Virus record (IMG/VR): IMGVR_UViG_3300042477_000445
Location: 54,863-74,862 of that record
Reading direction: 5' to 3' (one strand)
Length of the DNA stretch: 20,000 nt
Source of the DNA: an uncultured virus (IMG/VR IMGVR_UViG_3300042477_000445)
Taxonomy: Duplodnaviria > Heunggongvirae > Uroviricota > Caudoviricetes
The notes under the pieces were generated by a model that did not search any database, was not told the origin of the DNA, and was given only the letters and a program-made list of their open reading frames with translations. This document shows, piece after piece, positions 15,454-20,000 of this stretch. The position numbers and the translations under genes were made by a program. Position 1 is the first letter of the stretch. The number at the start of each line of letters is the position of its first letter.

Positions 15454-16146
15454 ATGCCCCTATTTTCTAATAAAAGTTCATTAACAAATGGTAAACAGGC
15501 TCAACAAGTATATCGTTTTTTGTTGAGAATAAAAGGCATTGATGCTGCTTTAATACAAGATGTTACTGCTCCATCCTTTTCAATTGGAACAGAAACTGTT
15601 AGTATGTTAGAGTATAAATTCAAGTATCCAACTAAACTAGATTGGAATGGTGAAGTTACATTTAACATAATACAAATTATTGATGATGATTTAATAACTT
15701 CCACTCTTGGATATTTTATGCAGAAGATATATAATTCAAGTTACTATGCAAGTCCGATGGGCATAGGAACTGGGGATAGAGATCTAGTTCTTCCAAATGC
15801 ATTATTTACTATAAGAGAAAATATTTCCAACTTTGCTAATAATGGTCCAAATAATGGTTATTCTAGAAGACCATCGGAAGGAACTGTATTAGATTTATCA
15901 AAACAAAAACTTTCTTATTCTTTGGGAACTGTTGAAATAAGATCATTGGATACAGAAGGAAAAACTTATGAAAGTTGGAAATTAAATAATGCATTCATAA
16001 CAAGTGTTACACCAGATAATTTTAGTTACGGCAGTGAAACAATATCTAAAATTTCTGTGAAAGTAAGTTATGATTGGGCATCCTATGGCTTTAGAGGTGT
16101 TTATGCCGAAGAAGATGCTGTTTCAAGAATACTAGGGGTATTCTAA
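15454..16146 (+). CDS. Second tail-tube-fold protein (gp19 paralogue, possible tube initiator)
   Basis: Same motif series as the preceding gene: YRFLL, APS, P.KLDW, ESWKLNNAF, SY, VSYDWA. AGGAGGT SD. Confidence 0.78.
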   Translation: MPLFSNKSSLTNGKQAQQVYRFLLRIKGIDAALIQDVTAPSFSIGTETVSMLEYKFKYPTKLDWNGEVTFNIIQIIDDDLITSTLGYFMQKIYNSSYYASPMGIGTGDRDLVLPNALFTIRENISNFANNGPNNGYSRRPSEGTVLDLSKQKLSYSLGTVEIRSLDTEGKTYESWKLNNAFITSVTPDNFSYGSETISKISVKVSYDWASYGFRGVYAEEDAVSRILGVF

Positions 16147-16158
16147 TAAGAGGTAAAA

Positions 16159-16989
16159 ATGAGTAATGTGAATAAATTTGGATTACCAAATAACTTTGGT
16201 AATCAGCAACCTTTTTCAAGACCAGCCGGGTTCTACCAAGTTCCAACTGATTTTGTAGAACTACCATCTCAGGGAAAATTTTATTCAAAAGATTCTCCTT
16301 TGTACGGTTTAGAAAAATTAGAAATTAAATATATGACAGCGAGAGAAGAAGATTTATTGGTTTCTCCATCGTTAAAAAAAGAAGGGGTTGCTATTGATAG
16401 AGTAATAGAATCATTATTAGTAGATAAAAATATTAGAACAAATGATTTATTAGTTGGAGATAAAACAGCAATATTAATTAATGCAAGAAAGAATGCTTAT
16501 GGAGCAGAATACAAATTTCCGTTTGTTTGTACAAAATGTGGTCACTTAAACGAACAAGAAGAATCCTTAGAGAATGTTAAATCTAAAGAAATAAAAGAAG
16601 ATGAATTTAGCAAAATTACAGAAAATGGAACAATTTTAATAACTCTTCCAAAGTCTAAAGCTACAGTTGAATTAAAAATTTTAACGAGCGAAGACGAGCA
16701 AATGATTACCAAGGCGATAGAAAAAAGATCAAAAAATAATCTACCACCAGAATCCCTGTTAACAAGATATCGCCAGATGTTTGTATCTGTAAATGGAGAT
16801 ACGGACATAGAATTTATTGTTAGTTTTATTGCAAATATGCCAATTGCAGACTCTGCTTTCCTAAAGAAAAGATATGTAATGTTAACTCCAGATGTTGAAT
16901 TTAAATATTCAAAACATTGTTCAGAATGTTCTACTCTGAATGAAGGAGAAGTGCCTATTTTGGCGAACTTTTTTTGGCCGGACTTATGA
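16159..16989 (+). CDS. Baseplate hub / tail assembly chaperone, T4 gp26-like, with two CxxC pairs
   Basis: VELPSQGKFY, IKYMTAREEDLL, LLVGDK..ILI.AR..AYG.EY, CTKC and CSEC, ending NFFWP. Lies between tube and tape-measure genes. Confidence 0.8.
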   Translation: MSNVNKFGLPNNFGNQQPFSRPAGFYQVPTDFVELPSQGKFYSKDSPLYGLEKLEIKYMTAREEDLLVSPSLKKEGVAIDRVIESLLVDKNIRTNDLLVGDKTAILINARKNAYGAEYKFPFVCTKCGHLNEQEESLENVKSKEIKEDEFSKITENGTILITLPKSKATVELKILTSEDEQMITKAIEKRSKNNLPPESLLTRYRQMFVSVNGDTDIEFIVSFIANMPIADSAFLKKRYVMLTPDVEFKYSKHCSECSTLNEGEVPILANFFWPDL

Positions 16990-16993
16990 TTTT

Positions 16994-17161
16994 ATGTATC
17001 TTCCTACTGAATATATAAATGCTCTCTATGAAAAAATTTATTATATGAAAACATATATGAATTGGTCTTTTGAAGAAGTATATATTTTACCAATTGTTCT
17101 TAGAAATTGGTTTTTTCAAAAATGGATAGAAGAAAAATCAAAAAATTTAGAAAGAGAATAA
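16994..17161 (+). CDS. Small tail assembly chaperone partner (lambda gpT / T4 gp51-like position); may be expressed as a frameshift extension of the upstream gene
   Basis: YEKIYYMK.YMNWSFEE.YILP...RNWF motif typical of small genes after tail chaperones. Frame is open across the upstream T7 run; ATG 16994 has no good SD. Confidence 0.7.
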   Translation: MYLPTEYINALYEKIYYMKTYMNWSFEEVYILPIVLRNWFFQKWIEEKSKNLERE

Positions 17162-17182
17162 TTAATAATAGAGGGATAAATA

Positions 17183-18889
17183 ATGGCAACTCCACCAGCA
17201 ACTCCACCAGCAACCGGTAGTGAATTAGCAGATACAATTGTTGATTTTGTTAAAAGCGTTCTTAGTAAAGCTACTGTAACTGCAACAGAAGGATATGGTG
17301 ATGCTATACAAAAAGCAGGTGCGGGCGCTCAAACACTTATACCATTAACAGATGCTCTTGAAAAATTTAGTGAAGCAAGCAACGCCGGAGCGATAAGTCT
17401 TGCTACAACAACTTTAAAATTAAAATTATTTGCAGATGCTGTTGAGACTAATTTACCAAAGTTTGGAAAAGAAGCTGCTTTAGAAATTAGAAATTTAAGC
17501 GCAGGAATCAATACTTTAGCGGCTGTTACAGAAAAAGAAACAAAAATTATTGCATCATTAGGTGAACTGGTAACTGGTAAATTTGGAACTGCGTTTAAAA
17601 ATCTTGCTCCCCTCATGACTGCCGCTGCTCAATCTGCTCAAGAGTTTGAAGTCAGAATGAACAAACTTGGTCAAGAAGAACAAGTAATTACAAACCTTAG
17701 AAAACAAGCAGATGAATTAAAAATGATGGGGATTTCTTATACGTCGCTTAAAGATGCAGCAGCGGAAGCTGTGGCTCAAATTAATTCATCTATAAAAGTA
17801 AATCAGGAATCTACAACTTCTTTTGATAATAATAGAAAGTCTATCCAAGAATTGTTGGCATTTAATAAAAAATTTGGAATTGAGATGGGAGAATCAGCAA
17901 AGGTTGTTAATTTAGTTAATGACGCTTTTGGAGAAGGAGTTGTCGGAGCAAATAAATTTTCTGATTCTATTATTAGATTTGCCCAGAAAACAGGGCAAGA
18001 TGCAAGCAAGGTTTTTCAAGCGTTTAATGGTCAATTAGATTATTTTGCAACAATGTCCTCAGAGAGAGCATTGCAAGCCTTTTCTAGTTTAGAAGCATAT
18101 GCAAAAAGAACTGGTGTTGAATATTCAAAAGTAATAAGCAACATGCAAGAGTTTGATGACATTGCATCTGGTTATGAAAAGATAGGAAAAATAAATAGAC
18201 TTCTTATGCAATTTGGCGCTTCAATAGATCCACAAGCGTTTCTTGAAGCAAGTCCAGAAGAAAAACAAAAATTACTATCAGAAGCAATGGCAAAAGCGGG
18301 AGAAACTTATGGAACATTTACGTCAGAAACAGCAAAAAGACAAATAGCATCTCAATTTGCTGGTCTTCTAGGAACGTCAGTTCAAGACGCGGCTGCAACT
18401 TTATCAGGTAATCAGGAATATATTAGAGCAAAAACAGCTGCTTTGGAGACAAAACCAACATTAGAATCTTATACGTCAGAAGATAGACAAAAATTAGCAG
18501 TAAGTCTATCCACAACAAAAGACCTACAAGAGGTAAGAGATGCTTTATTCGAGACAACTGAAGCAGTTAAGTATTTGGCAGACGGAATGAGAAGAGAACA
18601 ACAGATGAATATTAACCAAGTTTCTCAAGTATATAAAATGATAGGTGGTTTAGATGGACTTTTAGACAAAATTGCAAGGAGAAATGTTGAAGGAGTTGCA
18701 AAAATATCAGGTGAATCCATAAAGGCATTTGGTAGTGCAGTGGGAGATGTGTTAAATACTCCTATTAGAGATATGACTGATGCAACAAAAATGTCCGCCA
18801 AAGCAAGCGAAGTTGTTGCAAATATGCTACCTAAGCTTGGTAAAATTCTCGCGGGTGAAAGCGTTCAAAGCGCAACAACAGGTCAATAA
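17183..18889 (+). CDS. Tail tape measure protein (putative)
   Basis: Ala/Lys/Glu-rich, helical-looking, no Cys or Trp; canonical position after the chaperones; 568 aa, similar in size to T4 gp29. Confidence 0.75.
   Translation: MATPPATPPATGSELADTIVDFVKSVLSKATVTATEGYGDAIQKAGAGAQTLIPLTDALEKFSEASNAGAISLATTTLKLKLFADAVETNLPKFGKEAALEIRNLSAGINTLAAVTEKETKIIASLGELVTGKFGTAFKNLAPLMTAAAQSAQEFEVRMNKLGQEEQVITNLRKQADELKMMGISYTSLKDAAAEAVAQINSSIKVNQESTTSFDNNRKSIQELLAFNKKFGIEMGESAKVVNLVNDAFGEGVVGANKFSDSIIRFAQKTGQDASKVFQAFNGQLDYFATMSSERALQAFSSLEAYAKRTGVEYSKVISNMQEFDDIASGYEKIGKINRLLMQFGASIDPQAFLEASPEEKQKLLSEAMAKAGETYGTFTSETAKRQIASQFAGLLGTSVQDAAATLSGNQEYIRAKTAALETKPTLESYTSEDRQKLAVSLSTTKDLQEVRDALFETTEAVKYLADGMRREQQMNINQVSQVYKMIGGLDGLLDKIARRNVEGVAKISGESIKAFGSAVGDVLNTPIRDMTDATKMSAKASEVVANMLPKLGKILAGESVQSATTGQ
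17186..17214 (+). repeat. 12-nt tandem repeat GCAACTCCACCA x2.4 (ATPP-ATPP-AT) at the tape-measure N-terminus
   Basis: Read directly from sequence. Confidence 0.85.
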
Positions 18890-18901
18890 GGATAAAAATA
18901 T

Positions 18902-19576
18902 ATGGCATTAGAATTTGATATAGAAAAAATAATAGGTCAAGATACATCCAGCAAATTTGCTCCAAATTATGAAAATAATATTCGGAATAAAATGCTCGGA
19001 TATAACATTGTTTTTAAATTTCCAAACAATAATAATCCTGAAGAAAATTCTGTATCATTCCCTGCTTATACCAGCAAAGTAGACGATAGTTACAATACCA
19101 ATTTTAATTCGGAAAAAGTTTACGGTAGAATGGATCCAATACCAGTATACCAAGGAACATCAAGAACAATATCATTTGATCTTTCAATCCCATCAAATGG
19201 CCTTGCTCACTCCCAGGAAATTGCAAAAAAATTAAATATATTAGTTAAAAATACATATCCAATATATCAGAAATATAGTGATACAACAAATATAATAGCA
19301 TCTCCTCCATTAGTTGCAGTTTTTTTCTCTAATCTGATATACGATTCAAAGGATAAAACTTATTTGTTGGGTTATTTTGAAAGAGGTTTGTCAATATCAC
19401 ACGATTTAACAAAAGGTGTTTTTGCTAGAGGAAATGGATTTGAAGTATATCCGAAACTTTATTCTCTTAATTTTTCGTTGACAGTTTTACACAGTTTTTT
19501 ACCAGGCTATGTTAAATCAGCAAACGGAAACGAACCCGTAACAAATCCCATTAATATATTACAGGCGGTTAGATAA
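18902..19576 (+). CDS. Baseplate / tail-tube initiator protein (tube-fold, gp48/gp54 or CIS tube-like)
   Basis: FPAY....DSY......VYGRMDPIPVYQGTSRTISFDL and PPLV motifs; follows the tape measure. Confidence 0.7.
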   Translation: MALEFDIEKIIGQDTSSKFAPNYENNIRNKMLGYNIVFKFPNNNNPEENSVSFPAYTSKVDDSYNTNFNSEKVYGRMDPIPVYQGTSRTISFDLSIPSNGLAHSQEIAKKLNILVKNTYPIYQKYSDTTNIIASPPLVAVFFSNLIYDSKDKTYLLGYFERGLSISHDLTKGVFARGNGFEVYPKLYSLNFSLTVLHSFLPGYVKSANGNEPVTNPINILQAVR

Positions 19577-19920
19577 TGGCAATATCTAGATATAGAAAAA
19601 CAGATAAAACAAAAAATATCGATGAAGACTATAAGAAAGTTTTTTCTAGTAGATTTGGTCCAACTGGTCTTGTTCAATATACGACAACCACAATAAAACA
19701 ACCAACTGATGAAGAATTATTAAACGTTACTTATGCAACAGAAACATGGGCGTTAGGTAAAAGATTATACAAGCTTTCATTTAAATATTATGGTGACTCA
19801 CAATATTGGTGGTTAATAGCATTGTTTAATAAATTAGGAACAGAAGCAGATTTAAAAGTTGGTGATACTGTCAATATACCTTTACCACTTGATATCGTAT
19901 TAAATTTATATGGATTTTAA
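19576..19920 (+). CDS. Baseplate wedge protein, T4 gp53 / LysM-like
   Basis: RLYKLSFKYYGDSQYWWLIALFN....LKVGDTVNIP motif; TAATG stop/start coupling with the upstream gene. Confidence 0.82.
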   Translation: MAISRYRKTDKTKNIDEDYKKVFSSRFGPTGLVQYTTTTIKQPTDEELLNVTYATETWALGKRLYKLSFKYYGDSQYWWLIALFNKLGTEADLKVGDTVNIPLPLDIVLNLYGF

Positions 19921-19922
19921 AT

Positions 19923-20000
19923 ATGAGCAATTCCCTTAACATATATTTTCCAGTAGGTAATTTAAATCATCAAGGTTGGTTAACGGACTTTATTACTCCT
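19923..20000 (+). CDS. 5' end of next gene (partial, MSNSLNIYFPVGNLNHQGWLTDFITP...), probably a baseplate component
   Basis: ATG 2 nt after the previous stop, open to the window end. Function is inferred from synteny only. Confidence 0.5.
   Translation, partial: MSNSLNIYFPVGNLNHQGWLTDFITP

Noticed and set aside
16940..16993. ATG 16940 as start of the small chaperone ORF
   Set aside because: No SD upstream (the AAGGAG lies downstream of it). ATG 16994 or a frameshift at the T7 run fits better.
17158..17166. ATAATTAAT before the tape-measure gene as another promoter copy
   Set aside because: Three mismatches to ACTATTTAT in very AT-rich DNA; not distinguishable from chance.
84..19701. Short minus-strand and alternate-frame ORFs in the track (e.g. 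84-344, 884-1201, 3993-4379, 7330-7737, 9351-9722)
   Set aside because: All lie within longer, well-supported + strand genes, have no recognisable motifs, and are explained as shadows of biased or low-complexity coding sequence.
11912..19920. Extracellular contractile injection system or tailocin instead of phage
   Set aside because: A gp23-type capsid, scaffold and neck genes are linked in the same module.
1..20000. Stop-codon reassignment as seen in some large phages
   Set aside because: Genes are full length in the standard code, and TAA, TAG (69, 6694) and TGA (11859, 16989) all appear as stops at gene boundaries.
1..20000. tRNA, rRNA, introns, inteins, integrase or transposase
   Set aside because: Intergenic gaps are all under about 95 nt and no such signatures were recognised.

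Overview
The window is the virion structural module of a large, AT-rich, T4-related myophage. All credible genes are on the + strand and use the standard code. Order: prohead scaffold (with a ~200-aa poly-acidic tract), gp23-type major capsid protein, intrinsic terminator, a 5.4-kb four-gene insertion, neck/tail-completion proteins (gp13/14/15-like), tail sheath, two tail-tube paralogues, tail/baseplate chaperone plus a small overlapping ORF, tape measure, baseplate proteins. The most unusual element is the insertion (3870-9296), in which every gene encodes an exported cell-envelope protein: a Cys-repeat lipoprotein with a beta-prism (lectin-like) tip, an OmpA-like barrel with a degenerate peptidoglycan-binding domain, a MopE-motif/Vgb-type beta-propeller lipoprotein, and a lipoprotein lytic transglycosylase. 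The two large lipoproteins look myxobacterial/deltaproteobacterial, and the first two genes loosely resemble a traA/traB-type adhesin pair. Other signals: a recurring ACTATTTAT candidate late promoter, a T7 slippery site that could give a G/GT-type frameshift, and [ST]G[ST] motifs concentrated in the variable domains of capsid and sheath. All calls come from motif recognition by eye; no database searches were run.
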